Shown: positions 23,961 to 36,380 of the stretch, piece by piece | How the letters are laid out: each line of letters begins with the position of its first letter | Position numbering within the stretch: the stretch's first letter is position 1 | Notes under the pieces: model-generated | The model's input: the letters and a program-made list of their open reading frames with translations, nothing else | Database searches by the model: none | What the model was told of the DNA's origin: nothing | Translations under genes and position numbers: made by a program | DNA from: Anthoceros angustus | Taxonomy: Eukaryota > Plantae > Anthocerotophyta | Length of the DNA stretch: 64,000 bases | Assembly (NCBI GenBank): GCA_010909165.1 | Contig: MU008190.1 | Location: 407,166 to 471,165, forward strand | Direction: 5' to 3'

Positions 23961-24404
23961 CCACCGCCAAAGGAAAAACCCGATTTTCGATGTCGTTGAA
24001 ATTACCGGTTTTGGAAAAGTCTAATTATGTAGGGTTACTTCCTGGCAGCATATAAAACCGAAAGGGTGACGGTAAGATAATGGTGAAAAGACAGAAGACA
24101 GCCCTATTTGTTTCCAGCAACGGACTACCGGACTGTGCAGTGCCGCATGGTGATCGCAGGTGTAGAACTGGCCTACAATGTTTGGTGGGTTGACGTCTCG
24201 GAGGTTCGTGGCCATGGATAGTCTAAGCTCTGGGAGCGAAGGGGAGGCGTCATCCGACGAGTGGTCAGCCCCTAATGGTTTGTGTAAACTAAGCTGCTGA
24301 TTTGTTGAAAGTACCCTTTTCGATATCTTGCCTTGGCATCCAGAAGCTTTGTTGTTTTCTCCGTGCCCAACCGTGACGAAAGCCCTGTTGCAGGTATCTG
24401 CAGC

Positions 24405-26548
24405 ATGGCCGAAGAACTTGAAAGGAAGGGATCTCAGTTGTGTTCGGAAGCCCTGAGTTCTTGGAGCCGTTTTATGGATGATGTGCATTCCGAACTGCAA
24501 CTGTCCGAGTCGGATATAAGGAAGCGCCGAGACCTTTTGCAATATGTGGATGCGCTTGTCAAGTCACAAGTTCCTGGTGAGTAGGTGATTGCCAGCCCGT
24601 CGCCTGGACTTGCTGCTGAGACTTTTAATCCTCATGAACTGTAAGTGCAGGGAGCTTCATCACTCCGTTTGGCTCTTATACCATGGCACTATCCACTCCA
24701 TCGAGTGACCTGGATCTTTCTCTGACTGCTTCCTCACATCAGCAGAGGAACCCACCAAAAGACTACCAAATATTTATTCTAAAACGGTTGCGGAGGGCCT
24801 TGCAACAAACTTCTTCAGGTATGCACAATCTGTGGGTCTTCTTCTCCGTTGCTGTCTGGGTGGCCTGTTTGGATGAGTAGCTTCACAACACATAGTAGTC
24901 GGAAGGAACAAATGAGTGGCGGAACTTGAGATCATATTTACGGGGTTGCCTAACAGTGCCGCTCTGCTCTGCTGTATTAGGATTCATCGGTGTCGAAGCA
25001 GTTTTGCGAGCAGCAGTTCCTGTTATTAAGTTTCAGGACTGCAGGAGTGGAATTGAGTGTGACCTGTCTATAGGCAATGAAGATGGGATTATAAGATCTA
25101 GCATTTTAGCCCTCGTTGGTCGCATCGACCAGCGGTTCGGCAAGCTTTGCTACTTGGTCTGTGTTCTACCCTTTTGTCCATCCTTTCCTGTCCCCTCCCG
25201 TATATGAGCTGGCTTCTGTTGCAGCAGAATCTTCTGAATCCTTTAAAGTTTTAGTCTCCTACTTCAAAGTGCTCCATGTTATGGGCACTTCGATTGTCAA
25301 CTAATTCAGTTGATTGACATGGATTTTTAGGTGAAGGCATGGGCTAAAGCTCAGCATGTCAACGACTCCAAGACAGGCTCGCCAAACTCGTTTACATGGG
25401 TTCTTCTTGTTGTCTTACACCTGCAGACTCGTTCACCACCGATATTGCCCCCGTTTTCAAACCTTCTGGAAGGTACTTATTTCCTTCATCACTCTGATAT
25501 CTATCTGCGACTGCTTTTGTAGTTCTCAGCATGGTTTTTGGTCTTGTCTCCGACTCCAGGTTTGTACTTTCCTGGCGATGCAAGCTTAGATAGAGTTGGA
25601 ACTCGTATTGAACAACTTAATCGTTTTGGTCGAAACAATTGTGAGACCATCCCCCAGCTGTTCGGGTCATTCTTCACCAAGGTTTGTTCGGCCCTCAATT
25701 GTTAAGGTTTATCATCGCTGTTCACATTGTACACCATCAGGTGCACTGATAGGCATGGTACTCTGCAGCTGGTGGCAGTTGAAAGCCTCTGGGAGCGAGG
25801 GCTTTGCGCAAGTACATGGGAGGGTAAATGGGTCTACAGTATTTGGAGAAACAACATCGGTTGTGTGTGTGTGAGTTTTCAACCCTCACGGTTCTGGGAC
25901 ATCTTTGTCACCCGGTCCAGGACAGCGCCCCTGATATTTGTTTTGCTTCCGTAGGTGGAAGACTTTCTTGATCGCAACATCAATGTTGCAAGAGCTGTTC
26001 AGAGAAAGGAAATGAGGAGACTCTCTGATGCGTTGCGCCTCACGATCAACATGCTTAAGACACCAAAAGAAGATATCGACTCAGTGGGTGTGCGCCTTTT
26101 CGGTGTGGCGCGCAAAGACAGAAAGCGCAGGCCCCAACAACCGCCACCGGAGGCTCCCGGAAAACGAGTGTCAAATCCAAATTTTTCTCGGAGAGGGGAT
26201 GGGCCCGGCTGGCCTTCCAGTATCCGACAAACGCTTCCAGACTCCCAAGATGGAGGCGGATGGGCATATTCTGGAAGGCAAGCTGTCGGGGTACTTGTAC
26301 AAAATGTGAATCAGGCCACATGCCAACCTGTGGCCAGGGATTGGGCGGGTGAGGCGGCCTTCATTCCCGATCAAGTGTATGCTGTTAGACCTCAGGTCGG
26401 TGCAACTGTGCCACATTCTTTTGCGCCGCCCGTCTACCAAGGATTTAATGTCACCCGGCATCCTACCCACAGGAATCCCGACCCTGGTTTTCCTGGTAGG
26501 ACCGCCGAGGGGCCGCCGACGTTAAGTAGGTACATATCTAGAAAGTAG
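24405..26548 (+). CDS. HESO1: HESO1-like terminal uridylyltransferase (small-RNA nucleotidyltransferase), 7 exons
   Basis: Exons 24405-24576, 24651-24818, 24981-25156, 25331-25472, 25560-25681, 25769-25870, 25955-26548, all GT-AG and in phase. Catalytic FGS...SDLDLS and ECDLSIGN are intact; also VKAWAKAQHVNDSKTG and VEDFLDRNINVARAV. Confidence 0.88.
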
Positions 26549-27135
26549 AGCTTGTGCCCCTGCTTAGCTAGGAGTTGTGGAAATATAGTACATAGGTTGG
26601 ATCTCGATTGGCATCTCGTAATATAAAGGTGTAAAGGAGGGCGATGGAGGCATCCAGCAGCGAGTCGTGACAAGATTCAGACGCAGTGGTAATGTAAACG
26701 AAGCTTGCTCAATGCTTGGCAAGTCGCTACCGTCCAGTTCCCGGAACCATGATTAGGTAACCGGCCTAACCATTGATTAGGCATCTACGGCTGGATCTAT
26801 AATCTCGGCTCTGCACAACCACGAGCCACTACATGTCAAGTGCCCAAAGTTTGCAAGTTGACATAGTTACAGCAAATGGAAAACCTGAAGCCCTACGAGA
26901 TTTCAAGTCCTCAATGTACCACGCTGCACTTAGCACTGCTAAGTACCTGGTTAATGGCAAGATGACTTTCACGTCATCCACGCTTGGCGGATGAGGAAAA
27001 AGAACCCTGGAGGAAATGTTCAGGTTAGTGACAGGGTCCTTAACATGTCCGTGAAAATGTCCATGTCCCAGCCGTTGTAGGCGCCCTGAGATTCCCCGCT
27101 GCGATATAGACAGGGAGGCACGGCGAGTAAACGGC

Positions 27136-27961
27136 TCACAACTGCATGCTGCCGTTAGGCGGCTCTTCCCTGTTGCCGACTCGAGCAGCACTGGCATGCT
27201 CTTCTTGGTCACTGTAGCACAAGCATAGAATCAAGAGGATTGCACCACCAAATACAGGAATGGGGTGGAAAATCCACGTAAGGAGAACGAAGCCCAAACA
27301 GAATATTCTGGTGCCCGAGGTGTACAAGGAGGAGGCGGTATCGAGGACATCCGCCACACGCTCCGGGCTCCATCCAATATCCTGGGCCTATGCAGAGGAT
27401 GTTGATGAGTACGTTGACGTGATTATATAACTTGATGAGACTGAATGTAGAGCAGGAAACAGATGAGGAAGCAGGCGCAAAGAACCCCGAACTTGAATGT
27501 GACGAAGATATCATTCTCGGAAAAATGGTGCGAGTCAGGGCATCTTGATTTGGTAACTGCTGCTGATGATAGCCGCCATTCCTGTGGTAACCAGAATCGT
27601 TATGCCATTAAAGTGGACCCCATTATGCAGTTCCGGAGAGTCTGGACAGCCAGAACGGCCCTGCCCGGGTTGTCCTGCGACAAGGCATCGTGTCGTGAGC
27701 TCAACTGCTCAGATAAACAGTGTGTTATACAGAAAAACCTTTCATGTATACAGATTGATTCCAAAATCGGTAACAGCATGCGATGGGCGCAGAAGGGGCA
27801 TGTACACGTACTTGCATAATGCTTTTCACCCACTCTCTCCCAAGGCCAAGTCTATTCCTGCCGACTGTTCTCTGTTTGTACCACCTGTATATCTGATACG
27901 CTGCCACCGACGTCACTGCGAAAACGCCTGAGCAAATGTCGATTGCCATTGAGCTCCACAT
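27136..27961 (-). pseudogene. DUF599 membrane protein, copy 1, frameshifted (possibly by sequence error)
   Basis: Same gene as 38115-38957 but with several small indels near 27400, 27435, 27520-27540 and 27600 that break the frame. Confidence 0.75.
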
Positions 27962-30399
27962 CGTTCTCCGCAAGCTTCAGGAAATTCTGGAGTGCTTAGT
28001 TGTATTCTGATAGCAAGCAATCAAGAGAGTGTCATTGTCTGGAGCTACTTCACTACAAAACATAGATCCTCAGCTCCTTCATAGGTGAAGAGATGCCGGT
28101 GTCACTCAGAACAAGAACGATCGAGATTTCTTGGTGCAACCACATGGCTTGTGGAAGAAGAGGGACAATTGAAAACTCGAGCTGCCTGTTAGAATATCTT
28201 ACGTTGAACTCTCCAAGTGAACGTTACAAATTCTAACAGACCTTATGCTCCACAAGAGCCACGCAACACAATGATCCAAAGCAAGAAAGACACGCGTCCG
28301 GGAAAGACAGCCGAGGTGATCTGTGCGCAGGGCTCACTCGCATCACTTGCTGTCTTCAAGCAATGCATGCGCACAGCTTCAATTCTCAAGGAAGCAGGTC
28401 CACACGCACTGCAAAACAAAGGGGATGAGGTACCGTTGCAGAAATTCACAAAACAATCCCCAGATTCAAGCATCCGGAGGACGCCGCACAAACAAATCAT
28501 CACAGGCTCAAGACGGAAACAGAGAAAACAATCTGCGTACCCGTTCCTTTGCTTATTGCAGTTGAGCTAGCTATCCCGGATCCCCGAGGAGGAGATAGAC
28601 GATCCAGCACAGCAAGCAACTCCTCAATCACAATTGCCACGCGCCAAGCAAGGGCAAAGACAGTGAGCAACCATAGCGTCCACTTGCAAGACGGAATTGC
28701 TTTCAGATGCTGCTTGCCGGCAATGCAGGGCCTGGAACGGCTCCAAAACCGCTCAACACCGTGCGCAGGGCTCAGCCGGTCCCCGGAGCAGCTGGAGATG
28801 GCTGGGAGCAGCCGGCTGGAGCGCGCACAGAAAAGCAGCATACGGGAGCTCAAAGGGGGAGGAGGTGGCGCTGCCGAGCCGGGAGGGACACAGAGGCGGT
28901 ACATACTCCGAGCATGAACAGCAAGGCATGGTCCAAGACGCACGCCGCATGTATGTGAGCCGATATACGTCACCAGGTAACCGCCTGGAGTTCTCGCAGC
29001 ACCTGAACGGCAGGATTGCGATGCTCGGCCCGCGGGACCAGCAGTTGCGCAGAGTGCGGCGGCTGGGGCCTGCCATCGTCCTGCCCGGTGTACATGGCGT
29101 GGAGCCTCCCGGCCCCCGCACTGCTCTCTGCTGCTCGCCGTAGGTCTGATGTCTCATACTTTAACCGTACATCAGGGTTGTTTTGTATTAAATTGGATGA
29201 TATCGACAATAAAACACACATGCATATGCAAATAAATACGAAGCGGGATGCTGCAGCAGTTCCGAGAGGGAACTACAGTACCCGGGGCTCCACCATGCTG
29301 CCGTCGCGGGTCGACCTCTCCACCACGGCTGTAGTATAAACATACAGTCCACACCGTCCCATTAAGGAGGTGTCGATTATATTTTCCCTATTTAATAATA
29401 ATAAAAATATTGTAAACTTTAAAAACTAAAAAATATCCAAAAAAAAAGAAAATTTTAATTTTGATTGATAGGTTTCACTAAAAATAACTTTTAGTACTTC
29501 TCAGAGTTGTTTGAAAGCTAGCACTTTCTGTAAGCAACATCAAAAAATTTCTACCTATCATAAAGGAAAAAGCTTAGCTTAAGAGTCTTTAATCACACCT
29601 AAAAGTCTATTGTGCTCTGAAATAATCGATTCCCTTTTCTTTATTTATTTTAATTTTTTTAGTAAAAAAATTAGAAATCCCATTTAGGGAGTGAAACTAA
29701 CATGAATGTATGTTTCAAAAGGTCCCAATTACCATTTAGGGGAAAAGTCCCATTTATTACATTGTAAACTAAAGGGAGTAGGATGGGAGGTCCCATTTAG
29801 AGAGGAATCCCATTTATAGAGTTCACAATTAGGGGGGGCCGACTGTACATTTGTTTTCATTCAATGCTGTGCATACCCAAACATAGATTGAGCCGTGCAT
29901 ACAATAGTAGGGAATACGTCGTACTCGCATAGCCCTGTCGGCAGTCGACCTCTTAATCACGGCTCTAAAAGTACACACATGTATCCATTCTACTTTATGT
30001 ACTCCGGGGTAGCGTATCAATATGTACAGAAGGTGGGAACCCTTAATGCGACAGCGTAATTCCAAGTTTTGGGGCCGAGACTTATTGTTGTTTTAGAGGA
30101 AGAGAAGCGATTCTTATCCCATTTCCATTTCCAACTCACTTACCTAGTCACGAGGAGAACGGTGATGATGACACTTTTAATTTATTTTAATTTTAATTTT
30201 TATAATTAAAAAATTATGACTATGACAACTCATTTCAGTAGTGATTCACTCCAAAGAAGTTCGATTAGGAAGTTAAAAAACTTTATTCTCTAAAGAACTT
30301 TAATAATGATGTTCTTAACTTTGTATATTTGGTATGTCCAAACTGTCCTTTTAAACAAGATTCATTGTCCAGTATTGAGGCGTTCTACATCGCACCAAT

Positions 30400-31290
30400 A
30401 ATTTTTTCCACTGCGATGCGTTTTTGCCTAGGCTTGGTCCTCCGCTTGCTTGTCTTCAACTTGGGCGGCAAGGCCCTCCTCGATGACTCTGTGACGTTTG
30501 GCCGCCCGCGGGTGGGCAGTGTATCGCCACGCATGACGCCTTCCGGAACGTCATGTTCTCTATTGCTAGGGAAGGCGGGTTCCTTCTATTGAGGGAGCGC
30601 CCTTACACCCTACTCACCGGGGTTTCGCTTAGAGCTGATCTATTTTTGACCCGGGGGGATCAAGTTCCGGTTGCTAATGTGGTTGTAACAGACCCCACCC
30701 GGGATAGTGTCTGCGAATATGTTATTCTTAACCCTCCAGGTTGGGCGGCAGAGGGATGCGCGATAGTTAAGGTCCACACGTACTCTCGTAGGCAGGACGA
30801 CACGCCTTTGTCCCTCTTACCATCGAGACTCACAGAGCCATGGGCAAAGATTTCTCCAGGTTTGTCAAGGCCTTCTCCAAGGCTTATCACAGCCGCAAGA
30901 ATGGGGTTGGCCTCCCCCTTTTGTTGTATTGTTGCTTTCCCAGAGGGTTTGCCGCCCAGAGGGCATTGGCCAACACAGGCTGTAACGACAATGAGTGGGA
31001 GATGCACTGACATCGGTAAGTAGGTCTTTTCACATCCCAAACCAAGTTCTTGACGGTTGGTGGTTTTGAAATGCGTGATCGTGGGGGCTAGTCCCCCTGG
31101 CATGGTGCTCTTCATTGGGTTTTTCCCCCTTTGTTGGGGTGGATGGGTTTTTCCATCTCTTTTTTATAGTAAAGTCTCATTTTTATCTTTAAGACAAGAA
31201 ATATGCCAAATCTTAAGTTCTTAGAGTGCTTCATTCGGGGCTTTTGTGTGCATTGTATCCATATCATGATGTTATATATATATATATATA
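30400..31290 (+). mobile_element. 5'-truncated CRE-like (REL endonuclease) non-LTR retrotransposon, possibly ending at (TA)n
   Basis: GGQCIATHDAFRNVMFSIAREGGF..RERP...RADLFL..VVVTDP...GWAAEG..KVHTY, then FVPLTIETHRAMGKDFSRF. 3' UTR is followed by (TA)9 at ~31273-31291. Confidence 0.7.
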
Positions 31291-31926
31291 TCACAAATAT
31301 TCTTCTTGTTAGTTTCTTTAATTCATGTCTCTTGTCCACGATTCCAATGACTCATTCAAGATGACACAATAGGATATGTGACACTTACATATTAAGGGTG
31401 CAGGTAAATTATATGCCTACAAAAAAACGTTATAGTTCATGTGGAACGCAAAAGTTTGGGCAACCAACCCAAAAGGGCCAAAAGACGAACAAGTTTGATT
31501 TTTTTTGGCTAGGAACGATTGAAAAGAAGCATGCCAGGAAAATTTCTGAGAATCTTGAAGCTAGAGCTGTAGAATATTGTTAGAAGGCGAAGAGGATATC
31601 CCAGAAGAAGAACGGGTCGAAACGACCCCTGCATTTGCGTGAGGGCAACCGAAAGGTTGGTGGGACTACCGAGGTCGCCACACTACGTAGGGTGAAGGAG
31701 GGATTATCACGTAAGGCATTACCGTAGGCTGACAAATCTAAAAAGGGAATTTAGAATAGAGGGGGATATCCACTATATATGCTCACCAATAGGGAATAAA
31801 TATATAGAGTAATTAGAAAGCGTTAATTAGGATAGGTGATAGGAAAATAGGTAGTTTAGATAGAATTAGGATTTTGGAATGATGAACCCAATCTAGCAGC
31901 CGCCGTGTACATCTAAGGAGGGCAAA

Positions 31927-34729
31927 GTGCGCGCCGCTTCCACTCAAGAACAAGAGAGCTGGAACGTGAACGCAAAAGGAAGGAAGATCGCCATCAGAAG
32001 AGAGGCCGCCATCGCCAGCAAGCCGGGAGGCTCGCGCTTCATCGAAAGGAGACCGAACCCAACCGCGAGGCGTGAGCGAGGAAGGAAAACGCGAGTGCCA
32101 AGTGAGAGAACTCGCCCGCCACCGGAGAGGAAGTGTGGAGCGAGCGCCAAGGAAGCAACGTGGTCATAGAATTGAAGGCGTGAAGAGCGTTAACAATCGC
32201 GCGGCCTACCCGGAAGAAGGACAACGGGAGGAGTCACCGAAAGGAAGACTTGGGCCAGGTGGCTAACGTAGCCGCAGTGAAGTGTTACCCCAAGGGAGAA
32301 GTGTTTGGAAGAGAAGTTTGGGAGCACCAGGCATTGGGAAGTACCCTTCCTTTAAAACACTTGAAAGGAAGACGCCATGCCTCGAGGAGGAAAAGGCAAG
32401 GGAAGGAGCCGCTGTGCAAAGGCTCTACCGAAGGAAGGGCAAAAGCCAGCAGGCTACCAGAGGAGGCGAGCTTTTGATGCCACAATTCACGTGCCGGGCA
32501 GCTCAACCCTGTGGATTTATGATTTCAGCAAGGGAGGAGGAGAACATCCAATTAGGATGGGTGTATGGCCGCCAATGGGCCTACACCAATTTGGAATTGA
32601 TTGAGGAGTGTTTCATCAACCTCCATCAATCGGAAGCAGCCCTTGCCGCGTTACCGGAAAGGAATGCTCGAACGGATCCCCGCTGTTGGACCGTAAGGAG
32701 CATTCGACAGGTGTACGGGAGACCGGAGGAAGAGAGCTCTGGAATTGCTCTCCTCGAAAGGTCAAATGGAGGGAAGAGGACAGCCCTCTCCGATATTCCG
32801 CAAGAATTCCTTGACATGATGGATGGAGGAGTGAAGGCCCACGCCAAGAATGGCTGGAAAACCGAGAGCATCAAGGAGCTGAAGTGGAGGCTCTTCGCAA
32901 AGATTGTCAGTTGGTAAATTACCAACGACTTTATTTCAAAGACCAACTTCCTCCAATTTTGTGGAAGATTTCCATGGGAGCCAAGCCGATTGGGGAACCA
33001 TTATGTATGAAGTACATCCACCACCGAGAGAAGCTCCTCAAGCCAAATTCGTGGATGAGGAAGGGCCCCATTACCTCAAGCACCTATTTGGTGCATTTAT
33101 GGGAAACCGAGGGACTTCTCACAAGCAAGGAGCTTGAAGATGCATGGCATCCCTTTGAGGTCATCCACCTCCACCGAGTTTGGAAAGGCCTTTGCCTTTG
33201 CATTGGAAGATGGGAGGTCGACTCCACAAGCATGCTAGAAGCAAGAGGAGAAGATGCGAGGCAACAAGGTTGCCGAGTGGGAATCTTTCCCACAGTGAGC
33301 AAGCAAGGGAGAGGAGAACCGCCGAGGAAGGCCGAATGGTAGTCTATGAGAGAAGGACTACAGGAGGGGTGATAGCCCCAAGGGTGGGGAGTCCCCACCA
33401 TCTCATTTGTGCCTACCAGAGGCACTGCCCACCCCTAGGGAGGCGCCCACCCAAGGGGGGTGCATCATGGTAGGTAGGCGCACCACCATGGTAGGTAGGC
33501 GCACCACCCAAGGGTGGGAGTCCCCACCATGGTAGGTAGGCACCCCACGCCAGCAGCGGTGGAAGGGGAAGAGAAGACGCGAGCGCGAGCGGCGCCGAGG
33601 CCACCATCTCCGCGCCTGGGTGGGAGAGCGGATGGAGCGACGAAGGGACCAAGGCCGCTGATGGCCCGGGGCAGGAGAGCTGGAAATTTCCAGCAAGAAG
33701 ACAGAAGGGGTGGAATTAGGACCCCTAGGAGAATTGCTGGGTGCTTGTGAAGCACTCAGCCGCGTGGATTTGAAGGGGGCTAGGGACCTAGCAGCCTCCT
33801 TGTGGGCGTACCAAGAGGAGGTCAAGGCCCAAGACATGGCTGGGAGGAAAGCAGGGACCAAGTGGCAATTGGAGGCCATGGAGTCCGATGAAAAGGCAGC
33901 CAAGCTGGAAAAGGCTGTAGAGAAGCTCCAACGCGACCTCATAGAAGAGCGGCGCGCGAGCAAGGTCCTAGAAGGGAAGGTGTCGCAGGCTGAAGAGAGG
34001 GCTATTCGGGCGACCACCCAACGGGATTCATGGAGACAGAAGGCGGAGGAGCACTTTGCCCAGTTAGAGCAAGAACGAAAGGGCAAAACAGAGGCTCTGG
34101 GGAGAAGATAGCGTCCAAAGAATTGGACGCCAAGAAGAGCAGTGATGGCTACCCAAGCCATCAAAATCCGGGACATGACGGAGGAATTGAGGCGGACCCG
34201 GTTCGATTTGGAGGAGAAGCGCTTGGAGCTAGAAGCTCGGGACCTACAACCGCAAGAAAGGAGCGAGGGGTGCTGTGAGGAGAAGGAAAATTTGCCAAGC
34301 AATGGCCGATGGAACAAAGGAGGTTCCAAGAGGAGGAGCATCCACAAGAAGGTGGTGCATGCCGGTGGTGAGGAAGCGCGATTTTGGGATTATGCCCTTC
34401 GTGCAAAATTGGCCACCATAAAGGAAGTGAGGGAGGAGAATGTGACCCTCCATGTCAAGGTGGGGGAATTGACCACCTCGAGGGACGCCTACAAAGGTAG
34501 GTGTGAGGATGGAGAGTGGCCCACGGAGATTGATGATCTCCAAATGCAGTATCATAACTTGGGGGCTCACCTCCACAACAGGATTTTGAAGGCCAACAAC
34601 GAAGTCTTACGGTTGGCCAAGAGGAGGACAATAGGTCCTCATGATGATGATCGGAAGGAGCTGCAACAAGTGCAGCCAGAGGCCTCCGATTTTGATGAGG
34701 CCATCAACGAAATGGACTCGAGGAACTGA
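31927..34729 (+). CDS. LTR-internal long ORF (fragmented): basic N-terminus, conserved globular domain, long coiled coil
   Basis: Pieces 32282-32917, 32884-33342, 33710-34111 and 34142-34729 join with small frameshifts (IQLGWVYGRQWAYTNLELIEEC.INLHQ; SIRQVYGR; KNGW; WRLFAKIV; YFKDQLP; YLVHLWE; ..EMDSRN*). The same blocks recur in the diverged minus LTR at ~51100-48924. Confidence 0.6.
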
Positions 34730-35685
34730 GGAGTCGGAGGAGAAGGAGCCGCCGGTAGATGGCGAGAGGGAGGGGAAAGCCCACCTCCGGGGGTCAACCT
34801 ACCAGGTGGTACCACCACGGTAGTCCGCCAGACTACCGTGGTAGATACCACGGTAGTCCACTACCGGGTAGTGCAGCGCACGCGGGCTGGGGGAGTCTGG
34901 GGGCTAGAGATGAAGGAGCCGGGGGTCCGTAGTATACCCCTGAGGAGAGGTGGTGGGGAGACAACCCCACCGGAGGAGACTAAGGACGGGTCCGACCTCT
35001 GAGGAGGAAGGGGAGGAGAAGTCTCCCCCACGATAAGGGAGGAGCCGAGAGAGGAGACCAAGGGCCCGAGAGATTAGGGAGATCCGCATGGTCAATGGGG
35101 ATGAAGACTTTGATGCTCATGGTAGGTATGTCAAAACAGCAAGAGCAATGGAGATCTTGACCTGAAGTCCTCACCGAAAGGAAGAAGGAGATAGGGACCA
35201 CTACCATGAAGTCACCACCGTAGTCCGCTGACTACCGTAGGGTGCCGATGAACGGGCGCCACCAGCGAGGCCGGAGAAAAGGCGCCAGGTGCGCGGAGGG
35301 GCGCGATCGACCAAGGTAACAGATTTAGGCGCCCATGGAGATGGAGGAAGGGGCAGATTGTACTTGCCCCACACATTAGGACAAGGTCCGGGAAGGGCAA
35401 GAGCAAAAGGAGGGCGAGGGAGCCAATCCACTGGGACATGTCACCACCCCAGTAGATAGACTAAGAATGGTCAATGACCATAAATGAGCTTTGGGGAACG
35501 GGAAGGATAGGTGGTGTAGATAACATCCTTTAAGGATGGTCTTAGGTGAAGTTACTAGAATAGAATTTACCAAGGATCGCATAATAGATTTAGGTGCCAT
35601 ATTAAATGTCAAGTGTAGGAAATAATAGATTGGAAAAGGTGACCGCAGAGGGTCACCTAAGGGAGGTTGTATGTGGAAGGCCTCC

Positions 35686-35690
35686 TATAA
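35686..35690 (+). promoter_or_regulatory. Putative LTR TATA box
   Basis: CCTCC(C)TATAA(A/G)AGGAGG context is conserved at 46449-46453 (+) and 48002-47996 (-). Confidence 0.5.
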
Positions 35691-36380
35691 GAGGAGGAGG
35701 ATTTCACAAAGTAAAGTATCATGTCTTGCGCCCACGCCATCGAGTCCTTTGCCATTACAGGAATTTCGTCACCGTGAGCCAACGCAGTCGGTAGAGAGGA
35801 AGTCATGGCCTGAGTGTTGGTGGAGGACTTGCTCGCAAGTGCCTAAACGAGTTGCTCCCTTGTGAATGGTTGCGGAAATTGCTTTGCTTTGGGTGTGTGG
35901 CAAATGCCTGTGAACTCGGCTTGAGGGTAGACTACAGTGGAAAGACTCGGAGGTTCTCGCCGTCTGTCAAACTCATAGCAACCGCCCAAGGAAGAACTTG
36001 CTGGTGGAGGCGCTGTGCGGCCAGCCGTATAAGGGCGAGTCAAACCAAGAAGCCCGAATCGAGGTTAGAATAGGAGGAAGAGGATGAGAAGATGAGAAGA
36101 TGAGTAGAGGATTAGAGGTGTAGGTGTTAGTGGAAGGCCAGAGCCTAAGGGACGAATCCCAACTGCAAGAGCGCCCCGAGTGGAGAAGAGTGGTCTTAGA
36201 AGTAGGGACGAATCATGTGTGGATTGGGGGTCCCCGGGCGCCCGTGATAGGCTCCTCCGAGGCGTGACCTGCAATTGTTTTGTGTCGTTGTAGGTCGAGG
36301 ATTGGCGATTAAGCAAGGCAAGTGGTGCAAGAGGGAGAGTAGAGGGCGCCTTGCTTGTTTAGAAGGCTGAGAAGTGTCGT

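Larger units (their letters stand above)
31440..36380 (+). mobile_element. Solo LTR (~5 kb) of the gypsy family at 47146-58990, cut ~140 bp before its 3' end by an inverted LTR
   Basis: Homology to the minus element starts at TGTGGAACG..AAAGTTTGGGCA (31440), the base that follows the PPT in the full element. No gag/pol. TATA-like CCTATAA at 35684-35690. Confidence 0.7.

Noticed and set aside
26829-27212. 127-aa minus ORF (and 37937-38191 in copy 2)
   Set aside because: Overlaps the DUF599 3' end and UTR in another frame and is not kept intact between the copies.
28500-29160. WRKY group III-like end YLVTYIGSHTC in a GC-rich island (also ~39860-40100)
   Set aside because: No WRKYGxK, and Cys-His spacing does not fit C-X7-C-X23-H-X-C in any frame. 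The island remains unexplained, possibly DUF599 5' region or a small gene.
31927-34729. env-like gene
   Set aside because: No signal peptide or transmembrane segment is visible in the fragments, and the ORF lies after the PPT.
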